From Dehalococcoidia bacterium (GTDB lineage Bacteria > Chloroflexota > Dehalococcoidia > Lucifugimonadales > UBA3495), in the NCBI GenBank assembly GCA_030740155.1, contig JASLXV010000091.1, positions 1-11,125 of the forward strand: DNA of 11,125 nucleotides. The letters run 5' to 3'. This document shows positions 1 to 8,670 of this stretch, one piece after another. How positions within the stretch are numbered: position 1 is the stretch's first letter; each line of letters starts with the position of its first letter. The translations under genes were made by a program, and so were the position numbers. Below the pieces are notes generated by a model. That model saw only the letters and a program-made list of their open reading frames with translations, was not told the origin of the DNA and did not search any database.

Positions 1-141
1 TACAGCGCAGAAAGGAGGTGAAGGCTCAAACGATCGATAGGCGAAGACTTCATAACCGGACCCTCAGGCAGCTCACCCAAGCTCTTCCACACATCTGATC
101 TCTCGGGTCCCAAACTGTCCCATTTGTGCTGGTTGCCAACA
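1..141. mobile_element. Putative end of an insertion sequence (TGT...ACA-type terminus, IS21/IS481-like); rest of element outside the window
   Basis: Read on the minus strand from 141 the sequence is TGTTGGCAACCAGCACAAATGGGACAGTTTGGGACCC: a TGT terminus with a subterminal repeat (GTCCCA at 107-112 and 117-122 on +). Protein-like sequence of the downstream LLM fragment starts right after this point. No transposase or second end is visible. Confidence 0.45.
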
Positions 142-142
142 G

Positions 143-358
143 CGCAAAATTCTCGACATTTTGGCCGCCGAACGGGGCCGGGACCCGGCATCGCTATCCA
201 TCTCGGTGTTCGGTCAGCCCACCGATACCACCAGGGAGCAGGTAGAAGACTTCCTGAACGCCGGAGCGGAGCGGGTTTCAGTGTGGGCTGCCCATTGCGA
301 AACCGAAGAGGAGATGGCCGAGCAGTTGGAGCGGATGGCGGACGCTTTGGTACGGTAG
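143..358 (+). pseudogene. 3' fragment of an LLM-class (luciferase-like, probably F420-dependent) oxidoreductase, 5'-truncated
   Basis: Frame reads RKILDILAAERGRDPASLSISVFGQP...FLNAGAERVSVW...EEEMAEQLERMADALVR*. The 'AAExGRDP', 'AGAERV' and 'LERxA' pattern is typical of LLM C-termini. Upstream the frame is not LLM-like and has a TAA at 53-55; there is no good RBS before the TTG at 161. Confidence 0.65.
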
Positions 359-468
359 AGCATTCGACCGCGCCGGAGGGGATGACGTTAAGGCGGTCTA
401 ACTCTCCCGAGGTGGGAGGTGGTTTTCCCTCCGCAAGTGGTCCGGAGCCGCTGGCCCGATGCTCGCCC

Positions 469-498
469 TTGTGGTACCGATACATCGAGTGGTATAAA
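469..498 (+). promoter_or_regulatory. Candidate sigma70 promoter for hisG
   Basis: TTGTGG (469-474), 18-nt spacer, TATAAA (493-498), with an extended -10 TG at 490-491; 43 nt upstream of the ATG. Confidence 0.4.
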
Positions 499-541
499 CA
501 TTGGGTTGAGTCAACCCGGGCGGTATGGAGACCACAGGATA

Positions 542-1417
542 ATGAGCGATAAGGTCAAGTTGGGGATTCCCAAGGGAAGCCTCGAAATCCCTACTGTTGC
601 CCTGTTCCAACGGGCTGGTTGGAAGCTGGACCTCGACGGTAGGAGTTACTTCCCCAGGATCGATGATGAGCGGCTCGAATGCTTCATCTGCCGGCCCCAG
701 GAGATGTCGAGGTACGTAGAGAACGGCGTCCTCGATGCTGGCATCACGGGCAAGGACTGGGTGGCGGAAAACCAGTCCGACGTGCACGTGGTAGCTGACC
801 TGGTTTACTCCAAGACCAGCAGTCGCCAAACTCGTTGGGTAGTTGCGGTCCGGCGAGACTCGCCAATCAGGCAGCTAGCCGACTTGAACGGAAAACGAGT
901 GGCGACCGAGTTGGTGGGATTTACGAATCGGTACTTCGCCGAGCGCAATATCGACGTGACCGTTGAGTTCTCCTGGGGCGCCACCGAAGCCAAGGTCGCC
1001 ACCGGCCTGGTGGACGCCATCGTAGACGTCACGGAGACAGGCAGCACCATAGAGGCCCAAGGTCTACGGATCCTCCATGAACTGATGGACTCCAATCCAC
1101 AACTCATAGTGAACCATGACGCCTGGAGCAACCCGGCAAAGAGGGAGTTGGTCGATCAATTGGGCCTACTTCTAAAGGCGGCGCTGCTGGGCGGAAGAAT
1201 GGTGGGGCTGAAGATGAACGTGCCTCAGGAGTATTTGGAGCGGGTCATCTCCATGCTGCCCAGTCTGACCGCCCCTACGATAGCGCACCTATATGGGAAG
1301 GAATGGTTATCCGTGGAGACCGTGGTCGGCTCGGATCTGGTCCGGGACCTCATCCCGAAGCTTCTCTCCATTGGCGCTGAGGGGGTCATCGAATACCCCT
1401 TGAACAAGGTGGTTTAG
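542..1417 (+). CDS. hisG: ATP phosphoribosyltransferase, long form (291 aa)
   Basis: Motifs LGIPKGSL, RPQEM..YVENG.LDAGITGKDW, VEFSWGATE, DAIVDVTETGSTI, and a C-terminal regulatory domain (LPSLTAPTI...GAEGVIEYPLNKVV). Start set at ATG 542 (GGAG at 527-530) instead of 419. Confidence 0.96.
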   Translation: MSDKVKLGIPKGSLEIPTVALFQRAGWKLDLDGRSYFPRIDDERLECFICRPQEMSRYVENGVLDAGITGKDWVAENQSDVHVVADLVYSKTSSRQTRWVVAVRRDSPIRQLADLNGKRVATELVGFTNRYFAERNIDVTVEFSWGATEAKVATGLVDAIVDVTETGSTIEAQGLRILHELMDSNPQLIVNHDAWSNPAKRELVDQLGLLLKAALLGGRMVGLKMNVPQEYLERVISMLPSLTAPTIAHLYGKEWLSVETVVGSDLVRDLIPKLLSIGAEGVIEYPLNKVV

Positions 1418-1782
1418 GAGCCGGCCTCGCGGACGTCGGCCGTCGCCTTCTGAAGCTGGGCCAAGCTGCCGGCATCTGGGGATCCTTCGCCGCTCCCGTC
1501 GCCCTCGATTAGGGGTTGGGCCAAGACCAGATCCCTTCCAGGGGACCACGTGGGCGAAATGCCGGGTACGGCTGCTATGGCTTATCGGTGACCCGCAAGA
1601 TTGGGAGATAATCGAACCTGACCTCGGCGACAACAAGCCCCAATTGAGTTCCACCCCACGGGGACGAAAGGGGCCTCGACCTAATCGAGCCACCACCGTC
1701 AAACCCGCCTTTTTACCATCGAACCGGCGGTCCTTCGCCTCACTTGATGCCCCGGCGGAAATAATACTTGGGAGAAGAAACA

Positions 1783-2304
1783 ATGGACGTCTTTCAATGC
1801 ATCCGCTCCCGCCGAACGGTGCGGAGCTACAGACCCGACCCGATTTCTCGAGAGGTGCTCCACAAGATCCTTCAAGCCGGGCGGTGGGCGCCCAGCTCCA
1901 GCAACACCCAGAAGTGGAACTTCATCGCGGTTCAAAATCGGGAAACCCTGGCGACCCTGGGCAAAATCGCCACCCATGGCACGTTCATCGGCCAAGCGCC
2001 CTTGGTCATTGCTCTCGTCATGGACAATGCGCCCAGGCCGCAACTGGATGCCGGAAGAGCTTTGCAACAAATGGAGCTGATGGCCTGGTCCCAAGGCGTT
2101 GGGATGTGTTTCGTGGGCGTGCGTGAGGCGGAGCAGCAGCAGGCGGTGAAGCAGCTCTTGAGCATTCCGGAAGCCATGGAGCTGATAACCCTACTGCCCT
2201 TCGGCTACCCTGGCGAGGCCACGAAGAGCAAGGGCACTCCAAGGACGCCCATGGAAGAAATAGTCCATTGGGAGAGCTTCGGAGAGAGGATAAGGCCCGC
2301 TTAA
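1783..2304 (+). CDS. Nitroreductase family protein (173 aa)
   Basis: FMN-binding motifs IRSRRTVRSY and AGRWAPSSSNTQKW, plus DAGRALQQMELMAWSQGVGMC and LPFGYP. GGGAG RBS precedes ATG 1783. Confidence 0.92.
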   Translation: MDVFQCIRSRRTVRSYRPDPISREVLHKILQAGRWAPSSSNTQKWNFIAVQNRETLATLGKIATHGTFIGQAPLVIALVMDNAPRPQLDAGRALQQMELMAWSQGVGMCFVGVREAEQQQAVKQLLSIPEAMELITLLPFGYPGEATKSKGTPRTPMEEIVHWESFGERIRPA

Positions 2305-2441
2305 ATAGAATCAGGCCGCCGGTGTCGGCGCCCACTTTCGCCCCGGTGACTGCGAGGCCATACCGCTCACCCGGCAGGTTGATTTGTTGGGGCAGGCCCG
2401 CCGGCGCCACCAGTAGCCAGGATCAAAGCCGGAAACCAGGC

Positions 2442-2774
2442 CTAATCTCTTAGCAATATGTAAACGGCGGTGTTGTGGCTCAGATCACGATGCGTATGGC
2501 CGCGTCCGGTTACGTCTTCCATCAGCCGAATGTCGCCGGGCCGGAAGATGTGTTTCGTCCCGTCGCTGAGTCCGATCTCCGCCTCCCCTGAAACATGGAT
2601 AATCAATCTCCGCTCCGGCAAGGGGTGGAAGTCCATGTTCCTCAACTCGGGAAAATGCTGGATCCTTGCCTCCGTTGGGTTCTCGAAGGACCGGTATTCG
2701 GGGTGTCGGTCCAGGTCCAGCTCCTCGATATGGCTCTCCCCATCGGCTCCGGCGTACACTCGGAAGATTCCCAA
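2442..2774 (-). CDS. Small cupin-like protein (110 aa), function unknown
   Basis: N-terminal 'VYAGADGESHIEE' and cupin-type motifs DFHPLPERRLIIHVSGEAEI and F.PGDI.LMEDVTGRGHTH. TTG start preceded by GAGGTGA on the minus strand. Confidence 0.85.
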   Translation of the reverse strand: MGIFRVYAGADGESHIEELDLDRHPEYRSFENPTEARIQHFPELRNMDFHPLPERRLIIHVSGEAEIGLSDGTKHIFRPGDIRLMEDVTGRGHTHRDLSHNTAVYILLRD

Positions 2775-3084
2775 AGCAACTCACCTCTCGACTGTAATAG
2801 CACGAGTAGAACACCCGGTTCTATTGGCGGTCAAGCGAGCGCGACGAAACCTATTCAAAAGCAACGATACCCGCAGGACTATCCGGGCGGTGCGGCACGA
2901 GGACAAAAAAGAGCCCGCCGCTGCATACGGCGGCACGTCCTGGGACGCGGCGTAGCGGCCTGCTGATCCGGGTGTCGCGGGATCGCTCCCCGGACGGACG
3001 GCCATCTCCAGGCCACTGAGCACTTCAAGGGCCTTGCTCTTGCAGGCATGATCTTGTCTCGCAGACGCCGGCTCGAAGCCGGAA

Positions 3085-3113
3085 TTGACAATACCCCGAT
3101 GGCTGGTTACCAT
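3085..3113 (+). promoter_or_regulatory. Sigma70 promoter upstream of the hydantoinase/oxoprolinase genes
   Basis: TTGACA (3085-3090), 17-nt spacer, TACCAT (3108-3113); 114 nt upstream of ATG 3228. Confidence 0.7.
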
Positions 3114-3227
3114 TTCGTTCGCCGGACCCAGCCCGAAAGCCAAGTCCGCCATCGGCCGCGGCAGCGAGACCCTTTCGCCGGAATGGCGCCGGCGTGGCCT
3201 GCCAGTCCATCACCGGGGAGGTAAGCT

Positions 3228-4982
3228 ATGACCACATCGATCGATCCCATCCGCATGGAGGTCGTCAGAAACGCCCTGGAGAGCATTGCCGACGGCATGG
3301 CGCTCACCGTGGTGCGGACCTCTCGTTCTTCTGTAGTACGCACCAGTCTGGACTTTTCCACCGGCGTCCTCGATTCCAAGGGAGAACTGGTGGGCCAGAG
3401 CATGTGCTCTCCCACCCACCTGGGCGGGATGATGCCCGCGCTGAAGTCCTGCTTGGACCAATTCGAGGGGCGTATCTACCCCGGCGACATACTGGTTACC
3501 AACGATCCCTACGAAGGGGGAAGCCACCTCCCCGACATATTCCTCTTCAAGCCTGTCTGGATCGGCGACCGGATCGTGGCCTATCTATGTGCCATGGCCC
3601 ACCATACCGACATCGGGGGCCGTGTCCCCGGAGGGAACGCCTGCGACAGCACGGAGATATACCAGGAAGGGCTTCGCATCCCGCCCCTCAAGCTGCAGGA
3701 GCGCGGCGAACCCAACGAGACCCTCATGCGCATCTTGGAGAAGGCGGTGCGGGTGCCCGATAAAGTCCTGGGAGACCTCAAGGGCCAGGAAGCCGCCCTG
3801 TACTACGGTGAGCGGGAGTACAACAAACTGGTGGCCCAGTACGGGATCGAAGGGCTGGAGTCCGCCGTGGAGGAGCTTCTGGACTACACGGAGGAGCTGA
3901 CCCGGAAATCCATCTCCTCCATGCCCGACGGCACCTGGACCTTCACCGATGTGGTGGACAACGATGGCTTCGATGACGTGCCCATCAAGATCGTGGCAAC
4001 CGTAACCAAAAAGGGCGACGAGATAGAGGTGGACTTCGAGGGCACCTCACCCCAGTGCAAGGGCGCGATCCAGCCGGTATTCGCCACCACCAAGGCGATG
4101 GTGTACGCGATACTTCGCTCGGTTATGGAGGGCGAAATTCCGAACACCGGCGGGTACTTCCGGCCGGTGAGTGTCTACGCCCCCGAAGGGACCTTCGTCA
4201 ATCCTCTTCCCCCGGCCCCGGTCGCCGCCCGGGCGCTGGGGTGCCGGCGCATAACCCATGCCATCCTGGGCGCCTTTGCCCAGATGCTCCCCGATCGGGT
4301 TTTCGCTTGCCCAGGCGGGTCCGAGGTTGGGGTGGGTGTCGGGGGGTACGATAAGAGCATTACGCCCTGGAAAGCCTGGGTACAGCTCGAGTTTCACAAC
4401 GAGACCGCCTGCGGCGGACGCCCGACCATGGACGGCACCGATGGCCAAGGGTCCAACATCTCCAACCTGGCGAATATTCCGGCGGAGACCATCGAGGCCG
4501 AGCAACCCATCCAAATATTGGAATACGCCCTGATTCCCGATACCGAGGGCGCCGGGAAATACCGTGGCGGGCTGGGCATGGTACGCACCTACCGGTATTT
4601 GCTGGACGACACCCTCGTGCAAGTACGCGCCGACCGGGAGAAGACGGCCCCCTACGGCCTCCATGGCGGTCTGTCCTCCACGACAACCGAGGTCACCGTC
4701 ACCAAGGGTGGCGAGACGAAAGCCATGCCCACCAAGTTCCTCGACACCCTCAATTCCGGTGACTCCCTCCGCATCAAATGGCCGGGAGCCGGCGGCTGGG
4801 GTGATCCCCTGGATCGGGACCCGGAAGCGGTGCTTTGGGACGTCGTCGAAGATAAGGTGTGCGCGGAGCGGGCCCGGGACATCTATGGCGTCGCCCTGGA
4901 CATGGAGCATCGCGCCGTCGACTGGGATGAGACGCGGCGGATGCGGGAGAAGATCATCGCGGGACGCCGGGAGGCCTCGTAG
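3228..4982 (+). CDS. Hydantoinase B / oxoprolinase family subunit (HyuB-like, metal-binding; 584 aa)
   Basis: Motifs RTSRS....LDFS, NDPYEGGSHLPD, AHHTDIGG..PG, STEIYQEG..IPP, VDFEGTSPQ, GAGKYRGG.G and GAGGWGDPLDRDP. GGAGG RBS at 3217-3221. Confidence 0.95.
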   Translation: MTTSIDPIRMEVVRNALESIADGMALTVVRTSRSSVVRTSLDFSTGVLDSKGELVGQSMCSPTHLGGMMPALKSCLDQFEGRIYPGDILVTNDPYEGGSHLPDIFLFKPVWIGDRIVAYLCAMAHHTDIGGRVPGGNACDSTEIYQEGLRIPPLKLQERGEPNETLMRILEKAVRVPDKVLGDLKGQEAALYYGEREYNKLVAQYGIEGLESAVEELLDYTEELTRKSISSMPDGTWTFTDVVDNDGFDDVPIKIVATVTKKGDEIEVDFEGTSPQCKGAIQPVFATTKAMVYAILRSVMEGEIPNTGGYFRPVSVYAPEGTFVNPLPPAPVAARALGCRRITHAILGAFAQMLPDRVFACPGGSEVGVGVGGYDKSITPWKAWVQLEFHNETACGGRPTMDGTDGQGSNISNLANIPAETIEAEQPIQILEYALIPDTEGAGKYRGGLGMVRTYRYLLDDTLVQVRADREKTAPYGLHGGLSSTTTEVTVTKGGETKAMPTKFLDTLNSGDSLRIKWPGAGGWGDPLDRDPEAVLWDVVEDKVCAERARDIYGVALDMEHRAVDWDETRRMREKIIAGRREAS

Positions 4983-5286
4983 CCTGGACTGGATAACTCT
5001 CCATCGCCGCGGAACCCGCCGCAACAAAATCCACGGACCGGAACGAGTAAGCCCACCGTTCGTGGCTGCCCGGCAAGTCGGCGCCCGCACCCGGAGCGTT
5101 CGGTGCCCCGGGACGGCCCCTCGAAGTATCGCGCAACACACAGATCGTGTTGGTTCAAATCCGGTGGTTAAATGCCGGGTAGCCCTTCGGTAGGGCCGCT
5201 AACCGAACAAATTGGTCCCCCCGGATGGGGGATGTTCACCAGCTACGTGCGCCAGTTCAAGAGCGCCTGAGGAGGTCTGGATCGTT

Positions 5287-7380
5287 ATGTCAGAGGATAT
5301 CCGGCTTGGAGTCGATGTGGGCGGCACTTTCACCGATGTAGTACTGTTGAGGGCCGACGGGACTGCCCTTCCGATGAAGGTGCTCTCGTCGCCGCCGGAC
5401 TTCGGCACCGCAATCAAGGCAGGCGTGCAGGAGATACTCAAGAGCAACAGCATTGACGCCGGCCAAATTCGGGAATACACCCACGGAGCCACCGTGGCCA
5501 CCAACGCCATCCTGACCCGGACCGGCGCCCGCACCGGCCTGATTACCACGCAGGGCTTTCGAGACGTGCTGGAAATCCGCCGTATGCGGATGCACCGGTT
5601 GTATGACATGAACTGGCAGAAGCCCACGCCGCTGGTGCCTCGCCACCTGCGCATGGAAGTGCCCGCCCGGATGGACGCCAGCGGCGCGGAGGTGATAGCC
5701 CTCGATGAAGATGCCGCCCGGCTGGCCATCCAGCGGTTGATCGAGGAAGGCGTAGATTCCATAGCGATCTGCTACATCAACTCCTACGCCAACGGCGCCC
5801 ACGAGTGGCGCACCCGAGAGTTGGTCCGCGAGTTAGCCCCGAGACTGGCGGTGTCGACCTCCAGCGAAGTCCTGCCGGAGATCAGGGAGTACGAGCGCAC
5901 CAGCACCACGGTCATCAATGCCTATGTCCAGCCGGTGGTAGACGCCTACTTCCGGTCCATGGAATCCGACGTCAAAGAGATGGGAATGGACACCCCCATC
6001 ATGGTGATGCAGAGCAACGGCGGCATGATTCCTTCCGAGACGGCCCGGCAGTTCCCCTGCCACGTCATCGAGTCCGGTCCCGCCGCCGGGGTAACCGGGG
6101 CCTACCACCTGAGCAAACGGATGGGCATCGAGAACGTCATTACCCTGGACATGGGCGGCACGACGGCCAAGGCGGCCATGATCGAGGACGGAGAGATATC
6201 CCGCTCCCCAGAATACGAAGTCGGGGGAGAACTCAGCATCGGGCACCGCCTCTTGAAGGGCAGCGGGTACCTCTTGCGGGTACCCTCCATAGACATCGCC
6301 GAAGTGGGCGCGGGCGGCGGCAGCATCGCCTGGGCCGATGCCGCGGGGGCTCTCAAGGTGGGCCCCAGCAGCGCGGGCGCGAAGCCGGGTCCCGCTTGCT
6401 ACGGCCTGGGCGGGGTGGAACCCACCATCACCGACGCCAACGTCCACATGGGCCTGACCAACCCGGAGTACCTGGCCGGCGGCGCCCTCAAGGTTCACCC
6501 GGACCTGGCCGACAAGGCGATCAACGACGGCGTGGCCTCCCGGCTGCGCCTCGACATAACCGCCGCCGCTTGGGGTATCCGCACCGTGGCCAACTCCAGC
6601 CTCATCCGTGCGTTGCGCGCCGTGTCCACCGAACGTGGCCGCGATCCCCGGCGGTTCACCCTGGTCGCTTTCGGAGGCATGGGTCCGGTCCACGCCCTGG
6701 ACCTGGCAGCCGAGCTGGGCATCACCAAGGTCGTCATTCCCCCACTTCCGGGGCTGTTCAGCGCGCTGGGCCTGCTCCTCGCGGACGTGGAGCACCACCT
6801 GATCCAGACCCAGTACAGCAACACCGCCAGTCTGGACTACGATTCAGTCCACGGCGTCATCGACAAACTGATGGATGATGCGGCCGGAATGCTGGAGCGG
6901 GAAGGGTACGACGCCGCCCACCGTTCCATTGCACTCTCCGCCGACACCCGCTACGTGGGCCAGGACTTCGCCCTCACTATACCCCTGCCGGGCCGGAAGC
7001 TGGACCCCGCCATGATGGCCCGGTTCGTCGAGGAGTTCCACCAGGAGCATGCCAAGACCTACGGGTACGATTCCCGGCATGAAGATGTGCAGATCGTCGC
7101 GCTGCGATGCGTGGCCAGGGGACTGACCGACACGCCGAGGGTGCCGGAGCAGCTCAAGATCGACCCCCTGAAAGGCTGGAAGCCGTCGCCTTCACGAAAG
7201 TGTTATTTCGGGCCGGACCGGGGCTGGATTCAGACGCAGGTCATGACCCGGCACGATTTGGGGGCCAAGCCGGTGGACGGACCTGTCATCATCGAAGAGG
7301 ACAACTCGCTGACAGTCGTGTTACCCGATTGGAAGGCTAACCTGGACGAATGGTCCAATATCGTGGTGGAACCAAAATAG
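5287..7380 (+). CDS. Hydantoinase A / oxoprolinase family subunit (HyuA-like, ATP-binding; 697 aa)
   Basis: Motifs GVDVGGTFTD, HGATVATNA, TTQGFRD, EIREYERTSTT, ESGPAAG, DMGGTTAK, VGAGGGSIA, VGPSSAGAKPGPACYG and PG.FSALG. Start at ATG 5287 after GAGGAGG (5269-5275) rather than 5212. Confidence 0.95.
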   Translation: MSEDIRLGVDVGGTFTDVVLLRADGTALPMKVLSSPPDFGTAIKAGVQEILKSNSIDAGQIREYTHGATVATNAILTRTGARTGLITTQGFRDVLEIRRMRMHRLYDMNWQKPTPLVPRHLRMEVPARMDASGAEVIALDEDAARLAIQRLIEEGVDSIAICYINSYANGAHEWRTRELVRELAPRLAVSTSSEVLPEIREYERTSTTVINAYVQPVVDAYFRSMESDVKEMGMDTPIMVMQSNGGMIPSETARQFPCHVIESGPAAGVTGAYHLSKRMGIENVITLDMGGTTAKAAMIEDGEISRSPEYEVGGELSIGHRLLKGSGYLLRVPSIDIAEVGAGGGSIAWADAAGALKVGPSSAGAKPGPACYGLGGVEPTITDANVHMGLTNPEYLAGGALKVHPDLADKAINDGVASRLRLDITAAAWGIRTVANSSLIRALRAVSTERGRDPRRFTLVAFGGMGPVHALDLAAELGITKVVIPPLPGLFSALGLLLADVEHHLIQTQYSNTASLDYDSVHGVIDKLMDDAAGMLEREGYDAAHRSIALSADTRYVGQDFALTIPLPGRKLDPAMMARFVEEFHQEHAKTYGYDSRHEDVQIVALRCVARGLTDTPRVPEQLKIDPLKGWKPSPSRKCYFGPDRGWIQTQVMTRHDLGAKPVDGPVIIEEDNSLTVVLPDWKANLDEWSNIVVEPK

Positions 7381-7415
7381 TGTAGGCCACGGCCACACCG
7401 ACGCGAGGTAGCGAA

Positions 7416-8219
7416 ATGGTACTGACCCGCCAAGATATACCCGCAGTTCCCGCCGAGGCCCGAGGGTTGTTCCGCCAAGGCAGATGGACCCAACGTACCA
7501 GCGGCCTATGCGTGGGCTATGCCAACGCAAACCTGTGCATCGTGCCCCGGGAGCTGGCCTTCGACCTCCTCCTCTACTGCCAGCGCAACCCCAAGCCCTG
7601 CCCGGTGCTGGAGGTGCTGGACCCCGGAGACCCCATGGTCAAGAGCCTGGCCAACGGCGCCGACATCCGCACCGACCTGCCCCAGTACCGGGTACTGGTC
7701 CGGGGCGAAGTGGTGGACGAGCCTTCGGACATAACCAAGTATTGGCGGGACGACCTGGTGACCTTCCTCTACGGTTGCAGCGGCACCTTTGAAGGTGCCC
7801 TGGAGGGCGCGGGGATTCAGCCTCGCTGGCGGCAGGGGGACGAGTCGGGGGCGGGAATCTACCGCACCAACATCCCCACCATCCCCGCCGGGAAATTCCG
7901 CGGGAACCTGGTGGTCTCCATGCGCCCCATTCCCAGCCATCAGGTATCCCGGGCGGTACAGGTAACCTCCCGGTTCCCCAGCCACCATGGCGCCCCCGTG
8001 CACATCGGTGACCCGGCTGCCATCGGCATTCCGGACCTGTCCCAAGCGGAGTGGGCCCCCGGGCCGACGATTCAGCCCGGGGAGGTGCCCGTGTTCTGGG
8101 CCTGTGGCGTAACCCTGCAGGTGGTTGCCCAGGAGAGCAAACCGGAGTTCATGCTCACCCATTACCCCGGCCGCATGTTCATCTCCGATATCCCGTCGGA
8201 ACAGCAGGCCGTCCTCTAG
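7416..8219 (+). CDS. DUF1445 family putative hydro-lyase (D-glutamate cyclase / YcsI-like; 267 aa)
   Basis: Motifs TSGLC.GY.NANL, CQRNPKPCP, DIRTDLP.Y, GCS.TFE, VVSMRP, HGAPVHIGDP..IGI.DL, VPVFWACGVT and TH.PG.MF. 35 nt downstream of the A subunit, with a GAGGT RBS. Confidence 0.92.
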   Translation: MVLTRQDIPAVPAEARGLFRQGRWTQRTSGLCVGYANANLCIVPRELAFDLLLYCQRNPKPCPVLEVLDPGDPMVKSLANGADIRTDLPQYRVLVRGEVVDEPSDITKYWRDDLVTFLYGCSGTFEGALEGAGIQPRWRQGDESGAGIYRTNIPTIPAGKFRGNLVVSMRPIPSHQVSRAVQVTSRFPSHHGAPVHIGDPAAIGIPDLSQAEWAPGPTIQPGEVPVFWACGVTLQVVAQESKPEFMLTHYPGRMFISDIPSEQQAVL

Positions 8220-8251
8220 CGCCCGGTCTCGGAAGGAACGGAAAGGATTAT

Positions 8252-8314
8252 CCGTTCGCCCTGAGCGTGTCGAAGGGCCTCGGACTGGTGGTTCGACAAG
8301 CTCACCACGAACGG
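8252..8314. repeat. REP-like palindromic element, type 1 (CCGTTCG..TGAGC.TGTCGAA ... TTCGACAAGCTCACCACGAACGG)
   Basis: Arms 8252-8274 and 8292-8314 are inverted repeats matching at 19 of 23 positions; resembles a widespread intergenic palindrome family. Confidence 0.75.
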
Positions 8315-8379
8315 GGTTGGTTGCGCCCACCTTCGGAAGGAAGTACCGGGTATCGCTCAACCCGCCGGCGCGTTGATCT

Positions 8380-8473
8380 GACGAGGGCCATCGCCATGAA
8401 ACCGGCCCCCAACGATGGCCGGCCAGCCCCGGCAAGAATTGACCTCAACCAACATGGCCCCACCCTTGGTGGG
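8380..8473 (+). repeat. 94-bp direct repeat, copy 1
   Basis: Matches 8856-8949 with two substitutions (offset 476 nt). Confidence 0.95.
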
Positions 8474-8539
8474 ACCACACTGGTTTCGCCCTCTGGCTCT
8501 CGCTTATTACCTCGGGCGATGAAAGACTGTCCCCCACCT

Positions 8540-8606
8540 CGTCTTTCCGGCGAAGGCCGGAATCCAGAGAAGCATTGGCTGGATCCCGGCTTTCGCCGGG
8601 ATGACG
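8540..8606. repeat. REP-like palindromic element, type 2 (CGTC.TT.CCGGCGAA.GCCGG.ATCCAG inverted pair)
   Basis: Arms 8540-8567 and 8579-8606 are inverted repeats matching at 24 of 28 positions. Each arm is itself a small hairpin (CCGGC-GAAG-GCCGG); similar to GTCATTCCCGCGAAAGCGGGAATCC-type repeats. Confidence 0.8.
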
Positions 8607-8670
8607 GGCCGGCGGTAAAGCCATCTACAAGCCGCTGGGCCAGTACTCAGCCTCCTTGAATCTTTCAAAA

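Noticed and set aside
12..21. Perfect Shine-Dalgarno AAGGAGGTGA
   Set aside because: No suitably spaced start codon follows; more likely the tail of an upstream ORF.
419..541. N-terminal extension of HisG (and likewise 5212-5286 for the A subunit, 1768-1782 for the nitroreductase)
   Set aside because: Family similarity begins at the downstream ATGs, which have RBS sequences.
1418..1782. Possible small gene or remnant between hisG and the nitroreductase
   Set aside because: One frame has a short protein-like stretch (LLWLIGDPQDWEIIEPDLG) but no supported start or recognisable family.
5148..5165. tRNA gene suggested by GGTTCAAATCC
   Set aside because: I could not build a cloverleaf: no acceptor stem, D-arm or anticodon arm at the right spacing.
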